Shown one piece after another: positions 9,740-17,950 of a DNA stretch of 64,000 nt (the first letter of the stretch is position 1; every line of letters starts with the position of its first letter). The stretch spans positions 7,146-71,145 of the forward strand of contig DKUJ01000022.1 of assembly GCA_002490635.1 (NCBI GenBank). Reading direction: 5' to 3'. The translations under genes and the position numbers were made by a program. The DNA is from Porphyromonadaceae bacterium UBA7207 (GTDB lineage Bacteria; Bacteroidota; Bacteroidia; Bacteroidales; Muribaculaceae). A model generated the notes under the pieces. The model searched no databases. It worked only from the letters and a program-made list of their open reading frames with translations, and was not told the origin of the DNA.

Positions 9740-10985
9740 ATTCTTTTATTTTGCGGTATAGAGTGCGTTCCGATATCTGGAGTTCCGCGGCTGCCGCCTT
9801 ACGCTTTCCTTCGTTGCGCCGCAGAGAATCCTCTATTGCCTGTTTCTCCGTCTGCTGCATTGTGGCCGGAACGCTGCTTTCTATAGTCTCCACTTCCTCG
9901 CACACCACATCGGCACAGCTGTTGCCTATATCCTTCTCTTTTTTGTCCAATACAATGAGAGCCTTGGCCGTGTTTCCTTTTTTGTCTTCAGGGGCTACCG
10001 ACTGTTCGCTGAGCATGCGGTTGGCGGTCTCGGCATGCGGATGGCTGTCGCTGCGGCGCTGAAGCTCATCGACACGCCGCTGGAGATTCAGAATCATTCC
10101 CAGAAGCATGTCGCGCTCGCGGCTGTAGCTGTGTATGCTGTCGTCGTCGCGTGTGGCCGGCATGTATGTCTGCGATGCCGCCGGCAACGCCTCTTCCACG
10201 GTATCGGCCTCTACACGGCTTCCGGCATGGAAAAGGGCAATCTGGTCGATGATATTCTTAAGCTGTCGCACATTTCCCGGCCAGCGGTAGCGGCGCAGTA
10301 AAGCCATTGCCTCCGGCGAATAGCTCACAGGGTCCACGCGGTAGCGTTCGGCAAAATCGCTGCTGAACTTGTAGGCAAGCAGGTCTATGTCGGCACCGCG
10401 TTCGCGAAGCGGAGGCACAACTATCATCACTGTCGATAACCTGTAGAAAAGGTCTTCGCGGAACCGGCCCTCGGATATGGCTTTCGGAAGATCCACATTC
10501 GTTGCCGCCACAATCCTTACGTTTGTGCGTCGCACCTCAGAAGAGCCTACTCTGAGATACTGGCCGCTTTCGAGCACACGAAGCAGTCGGGCCTGCGTGG
10601 TAAGCGGCAACTCTGCAACCTCGTCGAGAAAGATTGTGCCACCGTCGGCTTCCTCGAAATATCCCTTGCGGGAATCGACAGCACCGGTGAAAGCGCCCTT
10701 CTCATGGCCGAAAAGTTCGGAGTCGATGGTGCCCTCTGGAATGGCACCACAGTTCACTGCTATATATTTTCCATGCTTGCGCGAACTGAAGGCATGGATG
10801 ATTTGCGGAAAGAATTCCTTGCCGGTGCCACTTTCGCCGCACACAAGCACCGACAGGTCGATTGGCGCCACCCTCACAGCCCTCTCCAGAGCTGCTGTGA
10901 GAGCCGGAGCATTGCCGACAATTCCGAAGCGCTGGCGGGCCTGCTGCACCGCAGCCGACGGACGGTTGGTTTTCTCTGTCATCAT
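9726..10985 (-). CDS. Sigma-54-dependent Fis-family activator lacking an N-terminal receiver domain
   Basis: Walker A GESGTGKE, GAFTGA loop, FLDEV, FREDLFYRL, WPGNVRQL, C-terminal HTH (ISERTLYRKIKEY). Confidence 0.95.
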   Translation of the reverse strand: MMTEKTNRPSAAVQQARQRFGIVGNAPALTAALERAVRVAPIDLSVLVCGESGTGKEFFPQIIHAFSSRKHGKYIAVNCGAIPEGTIDSELFGHEKGAFTGAVDSRKGYFEEADGGTIFLDEVAELPLTTQARLLRVLESGQYLRVGSSEVRRTNVRIVAATNVDLPKAISEGRFREDLFYRLSTVMIVVPPLRERGADIDLLAYKFSSDFAERYRVDPVSYSPEAMALLRRYRWPGNVRQLKNIIDQIALFHAGSRVEADTVEEALPAASQTYMPATRDDDSIHSYSRERDMLLGMILNLQRRVDELQRRSDSHPHAETANRMLSEQSVAPEDKKGNTAKALIVLDKKEKDIGNSCADVVCEEVETIESSVPATMQQTEKQAIEDSLRRNEGKRKAAAAELQISERTLYRKIKEYGLE

Positions 10986-10989
10986 AGTG

Positions 10990-10997
10990 CAAAGATA
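10990..10997 (-). promoter_or_regulatory. Bacteroidota -7 promoter element (TATCTTTG) for sigma54-activator operon
   Basis: Exact TAnnTTTG match; the ATG begins 5 nt downstream. Confidence 0.7.
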
Positions 10998-11044
10998 CTA
11001 TTTTTTCGCCGTTCGCTGCTGTTGTTCCAGCCTGGACCTTGTGG

Positions 11045-11990
11045 TTCTGAACATGCTTTTATTCCTGTTATCTCTCCAATCATAGAAAATATAATACAAA
11101 GGAATAATAATAATAGCTGTCGATATGTATGAAATCCCGTAGGATACGATATCCGCTCATTGCTTATAAAAGACCTGTTTATTATTTTACACACTTTATC
11201 TACATTATATATTGCAGATATATAATAGATTAAGCATGTTATAAACACTATGTTGATAACGCAGATATCCTGTTGTTTGATAACGTCAAGCGTTGACAGT
11301 CCGTCTGATTGTGGTCTATAAGCAGGAAAATAACATTGATATCCATACAATAAAAAGACGACCGGAAACCTTGACTTTACAGAAACAGTGCGGCTTAATA
11401 AATGACGGCGGGATTCCAAAGTATATCTACCGAGAATTTGTCGCGTCCTTATTGACACCGGTATCATAGCCGGCCATAGCTTATGGTACGATTAGAAACC
11501 GGCGGAGATTTCTTTTCTATTCTTCCTTCATCGGGTTTCTGTCGACAGTTCCGGGTTTTCAACATGCCTTTATTATTATAGTCTTCTTTGTTTAAAAAAA
11601 ATTATTTTGAAAGAAAGACACAGGAAGAATAATAATGGCTGTTGATATGTGCGATAACTTTTTTGCTGTTTCCTTGACTTTATGGGTTATTGATGTCCGG
11701 GTTATGAATTTGCACACTTTATTGACATGCTATATTGCAGATATAATGTGTGTTGGATGTGTTATCTACATAGTGTTGATAATGTTGTGTTTTGATAATT
11801 TGATAACTTCAGGCGTTGATAAACCTATAGATTACGGTCTGTTCCGGTAGATAACCGCATTGATATCTATGTGAGAAAAAGAACAGCCATAGACTTGACT
11901 TTTCCGAAATTGTACGGCTTAGCACATAATTGTGCAATTTCAAAATATAGTTTTCAGTAACTTATTCCGGCATTATCAACAGCGGTTGTC
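11045..11990. repeat. Diverged tandem direct repeat, two units offset 523-524 bp (about 11045-11465 and 11556-11990)
   Basis: Co-linear anchors: ACACTTTAT 11191/11714; TATATTGCAGATATA 11208/11731; TGTTGATAA 11251/11774; TTTGATAAC 11276/11799; CATTGATATC 11334/11858; CTTGACTTT 11370/11894; CGGCTTA 11391/11915. Confidence 0.9.
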
Positions 11991-11995
11991 AATAA
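11045..11995. other. Candidate chromosomal replication origin (oriC): AT-rich region with DnaA-box-like cluster and DnaA-trio-like runs
   Basis: TTATCAACA at 11251(rc), 11774(rc), 11973; TTATCTACA at 11196, 11762; TTATTGACA at 11449, 11719, 11987(rc); further variants at 11118, 11556, 11640, 11814, 11846; (TAT)n/(ATA)n runs beside boxes; no credible CDS. Confidence 0.7.
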
Positions 11996-12058
11996 GTGTC
12001 AGTGAGATTTTCTCCGTTTAAAACGGACAAGATCTGTCTCACTCGGTGGTATGTAAAT

Positions 12059-12095
12059 AAAAAAGGCTGCACCGTGAATATACGGCACAGCCTTT
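12059..12095 (-). terminator. Terminator of the T9SS protein gene
   Basis: AAAGGCTG..CCGT/ACGG..CAGCCTTT stem, with a T6 tail on the minus strand. Confidence 0.75.
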
Positions 12096-12117
12096 GATGT
12101 ATCAGCGGAGGTATAGC

Positions 12118-13698
12118 TTAGCGAACGTAAACTTTGGTAACGTTGCTGCCCTGGCGGCGGATATAGATGCCGGCTTCGGGGTTGGCTACGCGCACGCCCT
12201 GGAGATTGTAGAATTCAACGGGAGCTTCATTGTCGACAGCTACGGATTCGAGGCCGCTGCCTTTTTTCACGAAGAGTGTGGGCAGGAGAACTTCAGCGGC
12301 ATTTACGCTGGGAGCGATGTTGTTGTACCATGTACCTTCAGCACCTTTGGTAACGCCTACCAGACCGGTGTTGCCTTCGGCGGTGAGGGAGATGGAAGCT
12401 TTGCCGGCGGTGAAGCTGATTGTCCAGATGCAAAGGGGGCTTACTTCGGTGTAGAGCTGGAAGGAAGTGGTGTGGGTGCCGTCGAAGCCGAGATAGCGGC
12501 CATAGGAGTCCTTCATGGTGTATCCTTCGCCTTCGGCTTTGATGGTGATGGCGTTCTTGACATCGCTGGTGAGTTCGCCGTTGGTGATGGTAACGTCGGT
12601 GAGGCTGAGGCGGCCGAATGTGGAGCTTTCGGAGATAACGGTGCCGAGCTTGTCGTTGGCTACCATTACATATTCGGCACCGGAAGCGATGGCGGCGGTT
12701 TCAACGAAGATAGCTTCGTTTACCGGAGGAATAACCACTTCGCCCTGGAGTTTGAAGAGCTCGGGTTTGGCGGCATTCTCGGGGAGCTCTTCGGGCAGGT
12801 AGCATCCGAAGGAACCGAAAGCGGGATCCTGATAGATGGAATGGCCGGTAGCGATGTTGGTGATGGTGGCCACGCCGGCATCGAAGCTTACAGTCCATAC
12901 GCGGTTGTCCGCGCTGTCGTCGGTGGTGTCGAATGTCTTGTATCCGGTTTTGGCACCAAGCATTTTTCCCTGTGCGGTCTCGATGGTGTAGCCACCCTGT
13001 ACGGCAGTGAATTTAAGGGCATAGGAAGCGTCGCCTGCAAAAGAGGTGGCTGTTGCGCCGGCGGGGAGATTGGTGGAGCTCATGTAGCCGTAGTTTTTCT
13101 CAAAGAGCATGTTGTACATGCCACCTGCTACGAATACATAGCTCTGGCCGCTTTCAACGGCTGTTGCCTTGAAGTAGTTGGGTTCGGCAGGCTCGGGGGG
13201 AGTGATTCCGCCAAGTTCGCCGCCGCCAACGATATTCATGCTGGTGAAGCAGAACTGGCCGGCTTTGGATTCACCATCGGTACCGTATGTTGCCTTTTCG
13301 CCCACGGTGAAGGTAACTTCAGCGGCGTTGCCGGTCCAGGTAACAGTCCAGTCGCCTTCGGCAGGATTGCTGATGGTAACGTTGCCGTTGCTGGCGGTAA
13401 TGTCGGTGAGGCGTTTCTTGCCCTGCTTGGAAATGTTGAACACCATGGATGTGATGTCGGCACCGCTGGTAACGGTGAGGGTGTTCTTGGCATAGAGGCG
13501 CAGGTCCTTGTTGTTTGCGTTGTATGCAGGCTTTGTGGTGCCGCCATTCTGGTCGGCAACGAACTTGAAGTCGGTACCTGCGGTGAACTCGGTAGGATTG
13601 GCACCCAGCTCGAGGTCGGCGAATGTCACTGTGGTGTCGGCCAGTGCGGAACCTGCACACAGCAGGCCGGCAGCCATGCTTAGTAAAAGTTTTTTCAT
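12118..13698 (-). CDS. Secreted protein with two internal repeat domains and T9SS C-terminal sorting domain
   Basis: Signal peptide MKKLLLSMAAGLLCAGSALA; C-terminus VEFYNLQGVRVANPEAGIYIRRQGSNVTKVYVR; repeats starting YFKATAVESGQSYVFVA and IFVETAAIASGAEYVMVA. Confidence 0.9.
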   Translation of the reverse strand: MKKLLLSMAAGLLCAGSALADTTVTFADLELGANPTEFTAGTDFKFVADQNGGTTKPAYNANNKDLRLYAKNTLTVTSGADITSMVFNISKQGKKRLTDITASNGNVTISNPAEGDWTVTWTGNAAEVTFTVGEKATYGTDGESKAGQFCFTSMNIVGGGELGGITPPEPAEPNYFKATAVESGQSYVFVAGGMYNMLFEKNYGYMSSTNLPAGATATSFAGDASYALKFTAVQGGYTIETAQGKMLGAKTGYKTFDTTDDSADNRVWTVSFDAGVATITNIATGHSIYQDPAFGSFGCYLPEELPENAAKPELFKLQGEVVIPPVNEAIFVETAAIASGAEYVMVANDKLGTVISESSTFGRLSLTDVTITNGELTSDVKNAITIKAEGEGYTMKDSYGRYLGFDGTHTTSFQLYTEVSPLCIWTISFTAGKASISLTAEGNTGLVGVTKGAEGTWYNNIAPSVNAAEVLLPTLFVKKGSGLESVAVDNEAPVEFYNLQGVRVANPEAGIYIRRQGSNVTKVYVR

Positions 13699-13752
13699 AA
13701 GCTGAAAAATATTAATGATTGGTGATATATATGGTTTCAGACGTTAAGCCGG

Positions 13753-14814
13753 TTATCGGGCACGGTTCTCGACATATCGGCGAAGGAAAATTTCGGTAGG
13801 GAAGTGGTCGGAATATCCTCCGAGAAAGCTTCCTGCGGAGAACGTGCGTCTGGGATATCCTTGCCGGTTGCCTTCGGTGTCTTTCAGGAAGTCGAAGTTG
13901 AGCACGCGTGCCTCGAAGAAGTTCCAGCGGTTGTCGGGTGCGTTTACAAGGTTTCCGGAAACGATAATCTGGTCGAAGAGGTTCCAGCTGCTTTTGTATG
14001 CCAGAGTGCCTATTCCGCGGTCGAGTATGCGCCACCAGGGATTGTAGAAACCGTGCTCCCCTACTCCTTCTTTATCTTTTCCGGCGCCGATAACCTTTGC
14101 GCAGCTGCGATCCATGGGGTCGTCGTTGAGGTCGCCCATTATGATAACGCCCATCTGCGGGTTCACGCGCCACAGCGAGTCGGCAATCTGCATGCACAAT
14201 TCGGCGGCTGCCACGCGGTTAGGCTCGGATTGTTCCTGGCCGCCTATGCGCGATGGCCAGTGGTTCACTATTACTGCTATCTGCTGTCCGAGCAGGCTGC
14301 CCACCACGCACATCTGGTCGCGGGTGCGGAAAGGAACGGCGTTGAGGCGGTGGTTTGTCACATTATGTACGCGGAAATAGCGGGGGTTGTAGATCAGTCC
14401 CACGTCGACGCCGCGGGCGTCGGGCGAATCATGATGGACGATGCGCAGGTTCAGGTCGCGTAGTTCTGGCTGGTTTATCACATCCTCCATCACCGAACGG
14501 TTTTCGATTTCGCTCACGCCCAGCAATGCCGGGCCGTAGGGGGTGGTCGGAGTCTTGAACTGGGAGATGGCGTAGGCCAGGTTGTGGATTTTCTGCCGGT
14601 ATTTTCGGCCATCCCATTGTCGCTGTCCGGCGGGAGTGAATTCCTCGTCGCGTCCCTCGGCATTGTTGGGGATGGTGTCGAAAAGGTTTTCGAAGTTGTA
14701 GAAAGCTATTCCGGCCACCTGTACGCGGCGACCATTGTCGGCAGCGCCGACAGTAGGGCTTCCCAGCAAGCAGGCAACTGCTGCAAGGAGCAAAGAAATA
14801 GTGAATTGTCTCAT
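13753..14814 (-). CDS. Exported endonuclease/exonuclease/phosphatase (EEP) family protein
   Basis: Signal peptide; FYNFENLFD, GVSEIEN, VNHWPSR, MGDLNDDP, WNLFDQI, YSDHFP motifs. Confidence 0.9.
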   Translation of the reverse strand: MRQFTISLLLAAVACLLGSPTVGAADNGRRVQVAGIAFYNFENLFDTIPNNAEGRDEEFTPAGQRQWDGRKYRQKIHNLAYAISQFKTPTTPYGPALLGVSEIENRSVMEDVINQPELRDLNLRIVHHDSPDARGVDVGLIYNPRYFRVHNVTNHRLNAVPFRTRDQMCVVGSLLGQQIAVIVNHWPSRIGGQEQSEPNRVAAAELCMQIADSLWRVNPQMGVIIMGDLNDDPMDRSCAKVIGAGKDKEGVGEHGFYNPWWRILDRGIGTLAYKSSWNLFDQIIVSGNLVNAPDNRWNFFEARVLNFDFLKDTEGNRQGYPRRTFSAGSFLGGYSDHFPTEIFLRRYVENRAR

Positions 14815-14844
14815 GAGTATGAATTCAGGCAGTATGAACCGTTG

Positions 14845-14852
14845 CAAAAATA
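14845..14852 (-). promoter_or_regulatory. -7 element (TATTTTTG) for EEP gene
   Basis: TAnnTTTG match upstream of the start codon. Confidence 0.55.
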
Positions 14853-14925
14853 CGCTTTTTTTTTGTTACAACAAAAAATAGTGCTGGAGTTGAGCGCCGT
14901 AACTGTCAGTTTCAAAAAAAAATGC

Positions 14926-14933
14926 TATATTTG
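14926..14933 (+). promoter_or_regulatory. -7 element (TATATTTG) for secDF
   Basis: TAnnTTTG match 57 bp before the ATG. Confidence 0.65.
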
Positions 14934-14989
14934 CCCGCTGAAACCGTCATATCGCGAAATTTAATTAATAATCTAAACCATATTATTAC

Positions 14990-17869
14990 ATGCAAAGCAA
15001 AGGAAACTTAGGCAGCATCGTTGCCGGCGTTATCGCTGTGTTCCTGGTGCTGGTATGTTTGTTCTATCTCTCGTTTACCTATATCTCAAGTAGTTACGAG
15101 AGCAAGGCCGAACAGTACGCACGTGTGGAGAGCGGCAACAACGACGACGAAGCCTACAACCAGGCTTACAAACACTACATGGACTCGCTGGGCGAGCGCA
15201 AAGTGTATCTGGGCTACTACACCCTCAACGATGTACGCAAGTGGGGAGTCGGACTCGGTCTTGACCTCAAGGGCGGTATGAACGTGATTCTCCAGGTGGA
15301 CATGCCCGACATGCTCCGCTCCATGAAAGCCGGCGCCACCGACAGCGTGTTCGAGCGCGCTCTCGCCGGTGCCCAGGCTGCCGTGACCAGCCACAGAAGC
15401 GACGACTTCGTCAGTTCCTTTATAGAATCCTATCGTGAACAGCGTCCGCAGGCCGATTTCGGCGTGGTATTCCAGGGAATAGTTCCTTCGGGAGCTTCCG
15501 ACGATGCCGTGCGCACCGCACTCAAGAGCCAGGTGAAGGACCGTGTGGACAATTCCGCAACCAACGTGCTCCGCAACCGTATCGACCAGTTCGGCGTGGT
15601 TTCTCCCAACATCCAGGTGCTCCAGGGCAAGGACGGTCAGATTCTGCTCGAGCTTCCCGGTGTGAAAGACCACTCGCGTGTGCGTGACCTGCTGCAGCGT
15701 TCGGCCAACCTCGAGTTCTACGAGACTTTCACCGCCGACCAGGTGACTCCTTCGCTCAACCGTCTGGCTCAGGCAGCCGCCGGCGACACCGCGCTTAATG
15801 TGGCAGCGCTCTACACCATGCTCCAGCAGCCCGGTTATGGCGCTACCGTAGGCTATGTGCCCGACGCCCGTGCGATGGCTCAGATCGATGCCGTGCTGGC
15901 AAGTCCTGCTGCACGTACTATCCTCAACCCCGACCTGCGTCTGCGCTGGAGCGTAAAACCCAGCATCCATGTCGATGCCAACGGCAACGAGGTGAATCTC
16001 GGCTATGCTCTCTATGCACTCAAGGCCAACGGCGGACGTCCTGCCCTCGACGGCAAGGCCGTTTCCGACGCTTCTTCCAACTACGACCCTCTGCGCGGCA
16101 ATGAGGTTTCGATGCGCATGACAAGTGAGGGCGCACGCAACTGGGCACGCATCACCGGCCAGAACATCGGTCATCAGGTGGCAATCGTGCTCGACGGCAA
16201 AGTGTACTCCGCGCCTAACGTGAACGACAAAATCGAAGGCGGACAGTCTTCGATCACCGGCGACTTCACCATCGAGGAAGCCCGCGACCTTGCCAACGTG
16301 CTCAAGAGCGGCAAGATGGATGCCAAGGTAACCATCATCTCCGACATGGTTGTAGGTCCCTCGCTCGGCAAGGCAGCCATCAAGGCAGGTATTGTGTCCT
16401 TCGTTGTGGCTCTTGTGCTCCTCATGGTGTTCATGATTGCCTTCTACGGCCTTATCCCCGGTCTTGTAGCCAATCTGTGCCTCATCTTCAACCTGTTCTT
16501 CACAATAGGTATTCTCGCATCCTTCCAGGCCGTGCTTACCATGAGCGGTATCGCCGGTATCGTGCTCGCACTGGGTATGGCTGTCGATGCCAACGTGCTC
16601 ATCTTCGAGCGCACCAAGGAAGAGCTGCGTGCAGGTAAGAACGTGCGCAACGCACTTGCCGACGGCTACAGCAACGCCTTCTCCGCAATCTTCGACTCCA
16701 ACCTCACCTCCATCATCACAGGTGTTATCCTGCTGCTCTTCGGCACAGGTCCTATCAAAGGCTTCGCCACAACGCTGATTATCGGCCTCATCTGCTCGTT
16801 CTTCACAGCAGTATATCTGAGCCGTCTTGTGTTCAACTGGATCAGCCGCAGCAAGACCTTCGCCAGCCTCACCTTCACAACCGCACTCGGCCGCAAGCTG
16901 TTTGTAAACTCCAAAATCAACTTCCTTGGCCAGCGCAAGGCCAGCTTCACCATCGTGGGTGTGCTCATCGCCATTGTGGTCTGCTCGCTGTTCGTGCGCA
17001 AGCTCAACCAGGGTATCGATTTCTCCGGTGGCCGCAACTACATCGTGCGTTTCGAGCAGCCTGTGAACACCCAGGAGCTCCAGCAGGTTCTCTCTGCCGA
17101 GTTCCCCGGAGCATCCACCTCGGTGATCACCATCGAAAGCTCCAACCAGGTGCGCATCTCCACCAACTACAACATCGACAGCGAAGATGCAGGCACCGAG
17201 GAAGAGATTGTAGGCAAACTCTTCAACGCCCTCACTCCCTACCTCCACGAAGGTATCACACCCGAGCAGTTCTCGACTTCCGACGTTAACTACGGCATTG
17301 TTTCCAGCCAGAAGGTAGGTCCCAGCGTGGCCGACGACATGAAGAAGGACGCCGTTATTGCCGTTGTGATTTCGCTGATTGCGATGTTCCTCTACATTCT
17401 TCTGCGATTCCGCAATGTAGCCTTCTCGGTAGGCGCGCTTGCCGCCGTGGCCTTCACCGCATTCATGATCATAGGCTTCTACAGCCTCTTCTATGGCGTG
17501 TTCCCCTTCGCCATGGAAATCGACCAGAGCTTTATCGCGGCGATTCTGACAGTCATCGGCTATCAGATCAACGATACCGTGGTGGTGTTCGACCGTGTGC
17601 GTGAAAACACAGCACTGTATCCCAAACAAGACTTCTTCAGCACAATCAACAACTCCATCAACACCACACTGAGCCGTACCATCATGACATCGGCCTCTAC
17701 CCTGCTGGTGCTTCTGTGCATCTTCATCCTCGGTGGCGATGCTATCCGCAGCTTCACCTTCGCAATGCTCTTCGGTGTAATCATCGGTACCCTGGCAACC
17801 ATCTATGTGGCTTGCCCCGTTGCCTACCTCACCGACAGCCGTCGCAAGGCAGCTCCCAAGAATGCCTGA
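14990..17869 (+). CDS. secDF: Fused protein translocase subunit SecDF
   Basis: GLGLDLKGG, LRNRIDQFGV, VGPSLG, GMAVDANVLIFER, GIDFSGG, GYQINDTVVVFDRVRE motifs. Confidence 0.98.
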   Translation: MQSKGNLGSIVAGVIAVFLVLVCLFYLSFTYISSSYESKAEQYARVESGNNDDEAYNQAYKHYMDSLGERKVYLGYYTLNDVRKWGVGLGLDLKGGMNVILQVDMPDMLRSMKAGATDSVFERALAGAQAAVTSHRSDDFVSSFIESYREQRPQADFGVVFQGIVPSGASDDAVRTALKSQVKDRVDNSATNVLRNRIDQFGVVSPNIQVLQGKDGQILLELPGVKDHSRVRDLLQRSANLEFYETFTADQVTPSLNRLAQAAAGDTALNVAALYTMLQQPGYGATVGYVPDARAMAQIDAVLASPAARTILNPDLRLRWSVKPSIHVDANGNEVNLGYALYALKANGGRPALDGKAVSDASSNYDPLRGNEVSMRMTSEGARNWARITGQNIGHQVAIVLDGKVYSAPNVNDKIEGGQSSITGDFTIEEARDLANVLKSGKMDAKVTIISDMVVGPSLGKAAIKAGIVSFVVALVLLMVFMIAFYGLIPGLVANLCLIFNLFFTIGILASFQAVLTMSGIAGIVLALGMAVDANVLIFERTKEELRAGKNVRNALADGYSNAFSAIFDSNLTSIITGVILLLFGTGPIKGFATTLIIGLICSFFTAVYLSRLVFNWISRSKTFASLTFTTALGRKLFVNSKINFLGQRKASFTIVGVLIAIVVCSLFVRKLNQGIDFSGGRNYIVRFEQPVNTQELQQVLSAEFPGASTSVITIESSNQVRISTNYNIDSEDAGTEEEIVGKLFNALTPYLHEGITPEQFSTSDVNYGIVSSQKVGPSVADDMKKDAVIAVVISLIAMFLYILLRFRNVAFSVGALAAVAFTAFMIIGFYSLFYGVFPFAMEIDQSFIAAILTVIGYQINDTVVVFDRVRENTALYPKQDFFSTINNSINTTLSRTIMTSASTLLVLLCIFILGGDAIRSFTFAMLFGVIIGTLATIYVACPVAYLTDSRRKAAPKNA

Positions 17870-17883
17870 TAAGGACATCACAT

Positions 17884-17923
17884 AAAAAGTACGCCCGGGA
17901 CCGAAATCCCGGGCGTACTTTTT
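17884..17923. terminator. Bidirectional terminator between secDF and GT2
   Basis: AAAAAGTACGCCCGGGA / TCCCGGGCGTACTTTTT perfect stem between convergent genes. Confidence 0.9.
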
Positions 17924-17950
17924 ATGTTACGGTTATGTTGTGTGTGCGGT

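Noticed and set aside
10982-11467. 161-aa minus-strand ORF and 11635..11850 plus-strand ORF in the AT-rich region
   Set aside because: No recognisable motif or signal; atypical composition; the reading frame is not preserved in the duplicated unit, so conservation is at the DNA-motif level.
11045-11995. Possible CRISPR array or plasmid iteron array
   Set aside because: No identical 25-40 bp repeats with unique spacers, and no cas or rep gene; only two long diverged units with 9-mer boxes.
15086-17881. 931-aa antisense ORF; likewise 12094..13683(+), 60327..62123(-), 63210..63974(-), 19746..20873(+), 32497..33846(+)
   Set aside because: Shadow frames opposite well-supported genes, expected from strong C-ending codon bias; no motifs.
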